Positions 11,901 through 24,141 of a stretch of DNA of 49,749 nucleotides are shown here, piece after piece. The DNA lies in NCBI RefSeq assembly GCF_006345805.1, contig NW_021834326.1:1-49749 (forward strand). Reading direction: 5' to 3'. Each line of letters begins with the position of its first letter. Position 1 is the first letter of the stretch. Source of the DNA: Octopus sinensis. Lineage: Eukaryota. The translations under genes were made by a program, and so were the position numbers. A model generated the notes under the pieces. It was not told the origin of the DNA and searched no databases. It worked only from the letters and a program-made list of their open reading frames with translations.

Positions 11901-13357
11901 ATTAGGTCGTCAAGTATGAAATTTGTAGAAAAGAAAAAAAGTTTGCTAATGTTTTATAAATACAAGGAATAGTTTTATTAATCAAAGTATGCACCCATAT
12001 TGTCAATACACTTTTGCCATTTCAGTGGTAGCTTGTCCAACCCGGAATGTAAAAACCTGGCAATCTAGAGTCGATAAAATCTGGGAAGGCCTGTTTTAGG
12101 GCATCATCGGAACTAAATGTTGTTCCTATCAAAGTTATCCAAATTCTGGAAGAAGTGGTAGACAGTGGGAGCAAGATCAGGTGAGTATGGTGGACGATGG
12201 AGAACTTCCAACTCCAACTCCTGTAGTTTCGCCAATGTCATTTTTGCGATGTGTGGTCGGGCGTTATGTTGCAGTAAAATAGGAGTGAATCTGTTGACTA
12301 ATCTAGGCTGGGTTTTTTTTGTAAGTTTCTGCATCATTTGGTCCAGTTGGCTGCAGTATACTTTGGTCGTTATTGATGAGCCAGGTTTAATGAAATCATA
12401 ATGTATGTATGTACGTATGTATGTATGTATGTACGTATGTATGTACGTATGTATGTATGTATGTATGTATGTATGTATGTATGTATGTATGTATGTATGT
12501 ATGTATGTATGTATGTATGTATGTATGTATGTATATGCTTGTATATACATACAAGCATACAAGCGTGTGTATTTGGTGGTCTACGCCAGACCACCAAACA
12601 CACACGATCAACATCTTTTGCTGAATTTTGCATTTTGGACTGTGTTTTGGTGGCTTGTCTTTGTCCAACCATTGTGCTGAATGTTTATGGTTGTTGTATT
12701 AGATCCATTTCTCATCACATGTTACAATTCGATTTTAAAATGATTCATTTTTGTGACGAGGAAGTAGCATAAAGCAAGCTTCCAAACGTTGCTGTTTTTG
12801 ATTTTCATTGAGTTCATGTTGAACCCACTTATCCAAATTTTTCACTTTACAGGTTTGAACTAGGTGAATCAATATTGTTTTCTTGCTAACACCAAACAAC
12901 AACGATAATTCACGGGTACTTTGAGATGGATCAGACTTGACGGTGGCTTTCAGTTCATCATTATTCATCTTTGTTTCTGGTCGACCGCGTTGCTCATTTG
13001 TGAGGCCAAAGTTACCAGAACGAAATTTTGAAGACCAAATTGATACTGTCTGCTGTGTAATAACATTAGAATGAAATGCTCCATTAATATTCCGAGCTGT
13101 CTGTGATGCTGGAATTTCCAAGAAAGAACTCATATTTTAAAACTGAACGAATTTCCAACTTATCCAACTTTAAACAAAAATAGCAAAGAAACGATTTATA
13201 AATTACTTTATAAAGAGCAAAATGAGTTAGAATAAAGAAATAGATGTGTCAGCTTTCTAACAAAAAATAAAGATTGTCAAAATATAATAATGGCGCAAAA
13301 TGAGCAGCTTTGAAAGTTTACTATATACCTTACTACAAATTTCATACTTGACCTAAT
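11901..13357 (-). mobile_element. Full-length decayed mariner (Hsmar1/SETMAR-like transposase)
   Basis: TIRs attaggtc(gtc)aagtatgaaatttgtag and ctacaaatttcatacttgacctaat. Transposase motifs WVQHEL (WVPHEL), VTCDEKW, HNARPH and YSPDLAP. Frameshifted and split by a (TACA)n tract at ~12401-12560. Confidence 0.9.
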
Positions 13358-13549
13358 GCAATGCTGTGAACAATCCAATCTATTTCGAGTTTGGCACAAG
13401 TATATTCATGATATAGACGAAAGTTTCAAACATCAGCCAGGACAGAATTACATACATCGCACTCATAGCTGCCGATATACACATAGGGAGGAGCTGAGAA
13501 GACCATGCACGTTATGAAAGGAACATCAGCAACAAAGAAACTTATTTCA

Positions 13550-14070
13550 TCTTTATTTTACATGTTCCAGTCATTTTGGCTTGCAGCCATACTGGAGTAT
13601 CGCAATGAAGGGCTCTGTCAAATGGAGGGAACCGTCGTATAAATCGACACCTGTACTTGTTTTTAAAGTCTTGCATTATTTCATTTGTCTCTTTTCTTGA
13701 ACGGATAAATTACAGAGACGTTAATACGCCAACATCGGTTGTCAATCGAGTGAGGAGAAAACAAACGCAAAGACACACCAACACACATGCGTATACAAGC
13801 ATATACATACATACACGTACACGTACACACACGTACACATACATACGTACACACACATACGTACGTACACACACATACGTACGTACACACACACATACGT
13901 ACACACACGTAAACATACACATACGTACACACAAGAACCCATATACATGTACTTGTATGTGTGTGTATATGTGACATATACACACATTTGAAGGCCTTCC
14001 GCTCGTTGTTCTCCCAAATTCACTCACGAGGCAATGGTCGACCCCGAATCGATAGTGTTAATGTTTGTGG
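13550..14070 (-). mobile_element. Diverged SINE family A with expanded internal microsatellite
   Basis: cagtcattttggcttgcagccatactggag, ccaacatcggttgtcaa and cccaaattcactcacgaggc..tggtcgacccg modules. Confidence 0.65.
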
Positions 14071-14529
14071 TGTATGTTTCCAATATACACATACATACAT
14101 GAATGTATGTATACATACATAGATGCATGCATGTATGCATACATACATAGATACAGACATACATACACATATACATACATGCATGCATGCACACACCAAG
14201 TAATTCAGATTGCCACAAACTTTAATAGTTATCATTGCCTGACCGGTCGTGGAAAACCTCCGAGACATCCGACAAGAATAAAAAAAAAGGAAAGAAAAAG
14301 AAAAAGAATTTGTCAACCTCGTAATTGACGGGCTTAAATTCTGCAAAAGGAAATCTTAGATTCTAAAGAAATATATGCATATTTATCTATTGTACCTGTA
14401 TGCATACATAAACACATACATGCTGGTATGCATCCATCCATCCATCCATACTGGCCTGCTTGCATACATACATGCTTAAAATGAGAATTTGACAATGGCT
14501 ACTCGCTTTTTATTTATCTATCTGTCTGT

Positions 14530-14544
14530 TTGTTGACTCTCTCC

Positions 14545-14621
<77 letters not shown>

Positions 14622-14640
14622 CTATCTATCTGTCTATCTG

Positions 14641-14710
<70 letters not shown>

Positions 14711-14719
14711 GTCTATCTG

Positions 14720-14778
<59 letters not shown>

Positions 14779-14790
14779 GTTTGTCTATCT
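14530..14790. repeat. (TATC)n microsatellite without a LINE insert
   Basis: Direct reading. Confidence 0.9.
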
Positions 14791-14892
14791 ATCTTGAATC
14801 GTGTAGTTAGGAAACAAATTTCTTATCACACAGCCATGCCTGCGCCAATATATACATCTATAACACAAACACATATACACACATATAATAAA

Positions 14893-15144
14893 TAAATGCG
14901 CCCTTTTAAAACCTAGCCAAGCTCATGGGCTCGGTTTCCCGGTTTCAATGGCGCATATGTTCCCCAGAGGGATTGGACGCCATTCCATCGCAGCATTACT
15001 CATTTTTGCCAGCTAAGTGGACTGGAGCAACGTGAAATGAAGTGTTTTGCTCAAGAACACAACGCGTCGCCCGGTCCAGGAATCGAAACCACAATCTTAC
15101 GATCATGATGCTGACACCCTAACCACTAAGCCACGCGCCTCCAC
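14893..15144 (-). mobile_element. SINE family C variant
   Basis: Reverse complement reads gtggaggcgcgtggcttagtggttaggg...gtttcgattcctggaccggg...gagcaaaacacttcatttcacgttgctccagtccac; body shared with 49300-49626, tail similar to 141-462. Confidence 0.8.
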
Positions 15145-15701
15145 ATACACACATATGCACACACAAATATGTACAAATGCGTGTAACTCTGCGCATGGTT
15201 CGATTAAATGCGTTTATGCTATTTGGTTCTTACTTAGGATACGCTTTCGTTTAAATCAGAGAAAAGTAGAATCTGAGAAACCGAATACCAGCGCGACACA
15301 TTGACAGACATAGACAAGGCGACAGTCGGACGGACAGACAGACAGAGAGCTAGGCAGCCAGGCAGGTGGACAAGCAGTAAGACTGGCGAAATGATAGACA
15401 CGCGGACGGATGTACAATGAGGTCGGTTTGAATTACACGTTGGCAAAACCCGAAAGTAATTCATCATAAGTAAGTCACATGACCACAGATCAGTACTAGC
15501 GTCACCTGACCGCGAGGTTCATTTATAGGTTTGGAGGTCTGGAGTTGGGGGCCTCTTCAACATCAGACAAATCCCAATTTCAGATCTCAGACAATTAGAA
15601 AGTTTATTGAATGTTTTTTTCTTATTTCTTCTTATTTTTTCCTGATACCACATTATCCTTCACTTGGCAGTTTTATTGCCATTATTTTTCAATAAAAAGG
15701 T

Positions 15702-15777
<76 letters not shown>

Positions 15778-15981
15778 TGGATAGATAAGTTAACAGGTAA
15801 GCTGGTGGAATAATAGACAGATTAATAGATTAGTGGATTAAAATGTGGATAGGTCGATAGATACTGAATGGTTCTTTTATTGGTGTCAGTCTATCTTTCA
15901 TTTGAGCAATTTGTCTCATTTTTTCCTCAGTGGGTTCATAAATAGATAAATAGATAGACAGACAGACAGACATATAGATAG

Positions 15982-16034
<53 letters not shown>

Positions 16035-16559
16035 CAGATAGATAGATAGATAGATTAATAGATGGAGAGAGAGATCAACCGATAGGTTTATACGCAAGTT
16101 TTTATTTGGTACCAAATTATCTTTCATTTTAGCTAATTATCGTATATAGTTTTCTTTAAGATAAATATATACATAGATTAATAGATAACTAAAGGCATTA
16201 ATAGATTTACACAGAACATAGTCTGCGAGAGGCAAAGAGGGAGAGAGAAAGAGAGGGGGAGAGATGAATTGTCTGTTTAAGAGAAAGAAAACAAATGCCT
16301 AACAGCAATTGTTAGCGATTGGCAAAGAAGAGGTCAGATTATTTCAAGAAATTATCTTTCATACTTTGGTTGATTGAAAGAATGATATTACAGCGTTAGA
16401 TAAAACGCTTCGTAGTTTTTAGTTGCGGTTCTTTAAGTTCTCAGTTCAGATCTTGCCGAGGTTAACTTTGCCTTTCATTCTTTCCGTTATCGATAAATAA
16501 GACAGTTATGAAATCACCTTTCTCCGTCCTACAAATTTGTGGTTTTATGGGCGTTTGCC

Positions 16560-16720
16560 AAACTCCAGCGACGCGAGAAAAAATAAATGAAAATGCTTAG
16601 CTGCTTTTCTTCTGGCTTTACGTCGCAAGTTCAGATTCCGACGAGATTGACCTTACCCTTTCTGAGTCGATGTAATCGACTAGCCTCACTCAAATTTCAT
16701 GCCTGCCCTGTTAGGAAGGA
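16560..16720 (+). mobile_element. Diverged SINE family B ending in (ATT)n
   Basis: aaatgcttagc...ttgaccttaccctttctgagtcgatgtaatcgactagcc...aaatttcatgcc, similar to 44163-44388; another fragment at ~16380-16510. Confidence 0.6.
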
Positions 16721-16804
16721 TTATTATTATTGTTGTTGTTGTTATTGTTGTTGTTGTTGTTGTTGTTATTATTATTATTATTATTACTATTATTATTATT
16801 ATTA

Positions 16805-16860
<56 letters not shown>

Positions 16861-17112
16861 GAGTGAGAAAGCAGTGCATGCCAGCAAAGGGAGACTGGGG
16901 TAAAATATGCGAAGCCCAGTATACCCATCATGACTACCCGTCTGATAAGAGTACACTAGGCACATACATCACAAATATATGTGCACGACACGGTAATCTC
17001 ATATCAAGATAAACAGCACATGATCTTGCAAGTGAGGTCTAGTTAGAATTTTCTTCTGGTTGAGTAACCCATTCCGCTCAAAAGGTCCCTGAATAAGGTT
17101 TGTTTAAGGAAT
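16861..17112 (-). mobile_element. Unclassified (AAT)n-anchored element, short copy
   Basis: Clearly similar over ~250 bp to 44534-44790; begins exactly at the end of (ATT)n 16720-16860. Confidence 0.8.
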
Positions 17113-17119
17113 TTGAACT

Positions 17120-17495
17120 CAGAATATAAAGGCAGGAGAAATACCTATTTCTTTACTACCCACAAGGGACTAAACACAGAGAGGACAAACAAGGACAGAT
17201 AAACGGATTAAGTCGATTATATCGACCTCAGTGCGCAACTGGTACTTAACCGACCCCCGAAAGGATGAAAGGCAAAGTCGACCTTTTGAACACAGAACAT
17301 AGCGGCAGACAAAATACTGCTAAACATTTCGCCCGACGTGCTAACGATTCTCCCAGCTCGCCGCCTTTGATACACATTTCATTGACCTGAAAGGATGAAA
17401 AACAAAGTCGACATAGGCGAATATTGAACTCAAAACGCAAAGACTAACGAAATACCACGAATCATGGTAAGCGTGCGTACCATTCTGTCAGCTTA
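17120..17495 (-). mobile_element. SINE family B, one full copy plus a second partial copy
   Basis: Reverse complement reads ggcggcgagctgggagaatcgttagcacgtcgggcgaaatg...gtcgactttgcctttcatcctttcgggggtcgg. Confidence 0.8.
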
Positions 17496-18017
17496 TTTAT
17501 GTCTCTTCTAAAATTATTATAAATCTTCCACTGAAGAGGGAGCCGGTTTCCAACAAAGATACAAGGTTCTCTCTTTGGGATGTAGTTAACAAAGACAAAT
17601 TCACATTTGGAACTTGAGAAAAGTTTTGAATATTTTCACTGTTCCACTTACAGGATGCACTTGTACGAATTAGTCGATCATTTTCTCTTACTGAAAATCC
17701 CAGTTTATCCAGATTCTCCTTTATGTATGAATGTATGTATGTATGTATGTATGTATGTATGTATGTATGTATGTATGTATGTATGCATGTATGTATGTAT
17801 GTGTGTATGTATATCCATACATGCACACACACACACACAGACACACACACTCACACACACACATATATATATATATAGACTACGAGGAGTTTAGTTCACC
17901 TGTGATCTAAACGAATAGGTACGCTGGGTACCTATTCGTTGGTCGACCATTATATATAGATTGATAGATCCGTTATATAGAACCAGCCTTAGCTGTGATC
18001 TTGGAACCTAATGGTCG

Positions 18018-18055
<38 letters not shown>

Positions 18056-18201
18056 AGGTACGTACGTGCGTACGTATGTAGGTGACTAGGTAGATAGATA
18101 TGTAGATAGAAATACGTGAATATATATGTGTGTATATATTTATATATTTGTGCGTATATATTTATATATATATACCTATCTTACCCGATTGCCTGTCTGT
18201 T

Positions 18202-18290
<89 letters not shown>

Positions 18291-18291
<1 letters not shown>

Positions 18292-18500
18292 CATTTCTCT
18301 TTTCTTTTGTTCCTTTTCCTTTTTTTTTATTTTTTGTTCTTTTTTTCCCTTTTACGATCCCTTTTGATCGAAAACCTACGCCACCTTTGTTTTTTGTTTT
18401 GTTTCCTTTGTTTTTGTTTTTTTTTCATCCCCCAAAAGAAAAGCTCTACCTTGTAACTTGTCCCATCTGTGTGCAGCCCTGTGTGGCCAATAAAGAAACT
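18291..18500 (+). mobile_element. Second 5'-truncated 3' UTR stub of the Tx1-like LINE, within (TATC)n
   Basis: Same terminal module (aaagaaaagctctaccttgtaa...gtgtgcagccctgtgtggccaataaagaaact); (CTAT)n at 18215-18290 and from 18501; more diverged than the 10007 copy. Confidence 0.9.
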
Positions 18501-18524
18501 TATCTATCTATCTATCTATCTGTA

Positions 18525-18560
<36 letters not shown>

Positions 18561-18565
18561 AATCA

Positions 18566-18636
<71 letters not shown>

Positions 18637-18790
18637 GTCTATCTATCTACCTGTCTCTCTCTCTCTCTCTCTCTCTCTTTGGCTCTCTCTATCTCCTTAT
18701 CTATCTACCTATCTTCTTACCTATCTACCTCTTCGCGGACCTATCTATATAACTGTCAATTTTATCCATGTATTTTCCGTTGCACTTCAG

Positions 18791-18975
18791 GTTTTAAAGA
18801 AAGTTCCGAACGATGGCGGCAAGAGGCTATGAGAGGCACAGTGTGGGTGGATATAAGGGAGCGAACAATAACGTTGATAGAAGCGACCTGCCACATGAGT
18901 AATTCGAGTGTGCACACGTGACCATCTCCTCGTGATCTCATTACATCCAAATTTCCGCTTCCGTCGTCACATTTT
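18791..18975 (+). other. Candidate exon or promoter-like unique segment
   Basis: Pyrimidine tract plus TTCAG| acceptor at 18790; acgATGGCG starts MAARGYERHSVGGYKGANNNVDRSDLPH; weak donor GA|GTAATT; E-box CACGTGAC and ETS-like CCGCTTCC just downstream. Confidence 0.25.
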
Positions 18976-19099
18976 CTACCCACCCCACTTGTTTTTTTTT
19001 CTCCTTTTTTTAAAAAAAAATTCTTATTTTATAACGTTGTTCTTTTTATTTAAATTTATAACCTTCCACCAGCATTAACCAGAAGCCACCAACGCCACA

Positions 19100-19115
19100 C
19101 CTACTACTACTACTA

Positions 19116-19146
<31 letters not shown>

Positions 19147-19168
19147 GCTACTGCTGCTGCTGCTGCTG

Positions 19169-19229
<61 letters not shown>

Positions 19230-19329
19230 GACTACTACGACTACAACTACTGCCAACGCTGCTGGTAGTGCTGGTGGTGGTGCTGCTGCGGCTATTGCTG
19301 CCGGTGGTGCTACCACCACCACCACCACC

Positions 19330-19398
<69 letters not shown>

Positions 19399-20126
19399 GT
19401 TACTGCTGCTGCTGCTACTAGTATTACTATTACTACAGCTGACGCTGGTACAAACCCCTCTTGTTATTACATTTTTCTACCACTGCACTACAGCCTATAC
19501 TGTCACGATCACTAACATGTCCCTTCTCCTCGAGGCAATTGCCCATACAATCGCCACCACTATGACCATCGTAAATAGTAGCATTTCCAACACGACAAAC
19601 AAAACCAAAGCGACCACCATCTCCGAAACAATCACCACCGTCACAAAAACCACAGCCACCACGATCACTAACACAATGCCCCACCCCCCGCGAAATCCAT
19701 CACCACCGCAGCCATCAGTACCCCACCCCCCATACTACCAACAATGCAAAATGTAGGACCACTACAACAACTAATACTGCAATAATCATCTTCACTGCTA
19801 CGACGACGACGACCACCACCACCACCATCACCATAACCACCACCACTACCACCATCACCACCACCACTACCACCACCAGCACCAGCACCAGCACCAGCAC
19901 CACCAGCACCACTATCACTACCAGCACCATCATAACCACCACCAACAACAACAGTATCTACACCAGTAGCAGCAGCAGCATCACCACCACCACTACCACC
20001 ACCACCACCATCATCACCACCACCACCACCAGCAACACCATCATCATCATCACCACCATCACCATCACCACCACCACCACCACCATCACCACCACCAACA
20101 ACAACACCACCAGCAACACCACCAGC

Positions 20127-20157
<31 letters not shown>

Positions 20158-20632
20158 CACCAACAACAACAACAACAACAACACAACACTCTCCACTAGT
20201 ACGTATTCCGTCCCTAATAGATCATACTCCACCACCGCCATTACAAACATGATCATACTCACCACCGCCATCGAAGCCATCGATGAGAATGCTAATGATG
20301 ATGGTGATACTGCTGGAGCTGCTGCTGCCGATGATGATGATGATGATGAAGATGATGAAAGTGGTGGTGATACTTGAGGTGCTGATGGTGGTGTTGATAG
20401 AGGTGGAGATAGTATAGCTGATCGTTGTTATAAGGATGATGATGGTATCAGTGGTGCTGTGGCCGATGGCGATGATGAAGACGACGATGATGATGATGAA
20501 GGCGATGATGATGACAATGACGACTATGATGATGATGAGGAGGAGGAGGAGCACCGTGGTGGTGAAGTTGTTAATCTTATTGCTGTTGGTGGCATTGATG
20601 ACAACGATGACGACGACGACGATGATGATGGC

Positions 20633-20687
<55 letters not shown>

Positions 20688-21159
20688 TGATGATGATGAT
20701 GGCGATGATGATGATGGTAATGATGATGATGGTGATGATGATGAACGCGATGATGATGATGCTGACGATAATGATGATAATAATGATGGTGATGATGATG
20801 GCGATGATGATGATGATGGCAATAACCATGATGACGTTAACCTAACTGACGCCATGTTGATGTTGACGTTGAAGTAGTTTGGCTGACGAACGAAATGCAC
20901 GGTCGTTAGTTCGAAATTAGCCGCCGGCACCATTCGTGCCTTATCCACTGTGCCACCGAACAGAGTGGCGCCGCCGCCGCTGTTGTTGTTCTTCTTGTTG
21001 CTGTTGTTATTGTTGTTGACGGTAAGATTGCTCTTACTATTGTTGTCGTTGGATTTGATGTTGCCGCTCTGGTTGTTGGTGGTTTTGTTGTTATTGTTGC
21101 TGTCGTTGAGACGGCCATTAATTTACTGTTGGAGTTTTTCCCCTTCTTTATTCTCGATC

Positions 21160-21191
<32 letters not shown>

Positions 21192-21202
21192 CATTATCAT
21201 CA

Positions 21203-21245
<43 letters not shown>

Positions 21246-21270
21246 TCATCATCATCATCATTATCATCAC

Positions 21271-21339
<69 letters not shown>

Positions 21340-21351
21340 TATCATCATCAC

Positions 21352-21405
<54 letters not shown>

Positions 21406-21460
21406 TATCATCACCATCATCATCATCATCATCATCATCATCATTATCATCACCATCATC

Positions 21461-21492
<32 letters not shown>

Positions 21493-21526
21493 CATCATCA
21501 TCACCACCACCACCACCACCACCACC

Positions 21527-21591
<65 letters not shown>

Positions 21592-21616
21592 TATCATCAC
21601 CATCATCATCATCATC

Positions 21617-21666
<50 letters not shown>

Positions 21667-21730
21667 TATCATCATCACCATCATCATCATCATCATCATC
21701 ATCACCACCACCACCACCACCACCACCACC

Positions 21731-21764
<34 letters not shown>

Positions 21765-22150
21765 TCATCATCATTATTATTATTATTATTATTATTATCA
21801 AACATGCTGTTGTTGTTGTTGTTATTGTTGTTGTGGTTGAAGGTGTGGCGCCAACGTCGGTCTTTTTGTAATTTACAGACATTTTTGCAGGTATTGTTAT
21901 TGTTGTTGTTGTTGTTGTTGCTTCTGCTGCTCTTGTTGTTTATTTGTTTATTTATTTTTTTCACACGTGATAATTTATGTTTTTAATTGATATTTTGTTT
22001 ACGTAATTATTATCACTACCGCCACCTCCACCGCCACCATCATTATCATTATTATCATCACTATAATGTTTATAGTTATCTTCGTCACCAGAACCACTAC
22101 CTTCTACAGTAGCAGGACCATCAGCAACACAATCATCATCATCGTCGTCG

Positions 22151-22182
<32 letters not shown>

Positions 22183-22311
22183 GTGTCGTCGTCGTCGTCG
22201 TCATCGTCATCGTCGTCGTCATCATCATCATCATCGTCGTCGTCGTCATCATCATCATCATCATCATCATCGTCATCATCGTCGTCATCATCATCATCAT
22301 CATCATCATCG

Positions 22312-22346
<35 letters not shown>

Positions 22347-22368
22347 GTCGTCGTCATCGTCATCATCG

Positions 22369-22418
<50 letters not shown>

Positions 22419-22420
22419 GA
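19100..22420. repeat. 3.3-kb domain of pure and degenerate trinucleotide repeats (CTA, CAC, GAT, CAT, CGT)
   Basis: Direct reading; internal duplication of a (CAT)n(CAC)n block at ~21500 and ~21700. Confidence 0.9.
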
Positions 22421-22764
22421 ACCACCACAAGCAAACTCGCAAGCTTACCTTATATGTCTATATATTCTAACCTCCTGCAGCGTTTCTGTTAATTAATTAA
22501 GTAATTAAGTAATTACTACACGAAGAGGACGTTAGCACTGTTATGCGAATTAGACCGACTAAATACAATTCTGTCTGCAGAGGTATATCCGATCTCTGAC
22601 GATCCGCTAATAAATGTCGAAACCAGTGAATTTAATCTACTTTCAATGACCACGACGAGAAAAGTATTATGATTTAATCAGTGAATCTACTGTTTTCGAG
22701 GGAGTTTAAAATACGCCTTTACTATGAACACATTCGTAAGTTCATCTGCATTGACAAAATGTTG

Positions 22765-23585
22765 CAGTTGTAATGGTGGAGGCGATTGTGATGGTGGTGG
22801 TGGTTGTGATGGCAGTGGTGGTTATGATGATGGTGGTGGTTGTGATGGTGGTGGTGGTTGTGATGGTGGTGGTGGTTGTAATGGTGGTGGTGGTTGTAGT
22901 AGTGGTAGTTGTGCTGGTGGTGATTGTGACTGTGGTGGTAGTTGTGATGGTGGTGGTGGTTATGATGGTGGTTGTGGTTGTGATGGTGGTGGTGGTTGTG
23001 GGGGTGGTAGTTGTGTTAGTGGTATTTGTGATGGTGGTGGTTGTTGTGATGGTGGTGATGGTTGTGATGGTGGTGGTGGTTGTGATAGTGGTGGTGATGT
23101 TTATGATGGTGGTGATGTTAGTTAATTATGACGGTGGTGATGGTTGTGATAATGGTCTTGCTGTTGGTGATTGTGGTTGCGATGGAATTGTGGTTGTGAT
23201 GGTGGTGGTTGTGATGGTGGTGGTGGTTGTGATGGTGGTGGTGGTTGTAGTGGGGGTAGTTGTGCTGGTGGTGATTGTGACTGTGGTGGTAGTTGTGATG
23301 GTGGTGGTTGTGATGGTGTTGGTTGTGGGGGTGGTAGTTGTGTTAGTGGTGTTTGTGCAAGTGGTGGTTGTTGTGATGGTGGTGATGGTTGTGATGGTGG
23401 TGGTGGTTGTGATAGTGGTGGTGATGTTTATGATGGTGGTGGTGGTTGTGATAGTGGTGGTGATGGTAGTTAATTATGACGGTGGTGATGGTTGTGATAA
23501 TGGTCTTGCTGTTGGTGATTGTGGTTGCGATGGAATTGTTCTTATTATTGGTGGTGTTGTTGTTGGAGGTGGTAGTGGTAGATGG
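22765..23585. repeat. Degenerate (GGT/TGT/GAT) array with ~348-bp higher-order duplication
   Basis: Unique tag agttaattatgacggtggtgatggttgtgataatggtcttgctgttgg at ~23120 and ~23468. Confidence 0.85.
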
Positions 23586-23640
23586 CTGGATGGTTATTTA
23601 TGTCTATATACATTGACCATTGATACATCCTTAATTGCAG

Positions 23641-23759
23641 CTGAAATGTCGGGAATATTGTACAAGACACCCACTTCTAAGCAGTGCAGTGCCACGTGTG
23701 CCACCCGGCTGCCCGCTTTCAAGTGCTGGCCTTAGGAAGTGTCGCATGGCACATCAAAC
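23641..23759 (+). other. Candidate coding exon, unidentified
   Basis: Acceptor ccttaattgcag| at 23640; open phase-0 frame LKCREYCTRHPLLSSAVPRVPPGCPLSSAGLRKCRMAHQ; weak donor AC|GTAAAC. Confidence 0.2.
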
Positions 23760-23868
23760 GTAAACTTATCTGGGGTTCTTGTGTGCCCATCCTTTGTCAG
23801 AATGCTTATCTATTTATCTATCTATCTATCTGTCTATATGTATATATGTATGTATGTGTGTGTGTCTG

Positions 23869-23917
<49 letters not shown>

Positions 23918-24141
23918 TAATCATCTCACAATGGACGGACGCTAGTCATATCGGCTCCAAGTAAGTTGGCCACTTTTACATGTTTAAAACTCCTTGTTGT
24001 CAAATATTTGTTTTAATCGTTGTGCAATTCATTCACTAAAAAACCTGAGAATTATTCACGTAGAATTCCGCCCCTGTATGGGCGAAATTACAAAAAAACT
24101 TTCAAAACTTTCGTGGGTTTTTAGCATTTTTCATTTTGAAA

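Noticed and set aside
20890-20930. CTGACGA...CGAAATTAGCC hammerhead-like string
   Set aside because: Stem I register fails and stem III cannot form.
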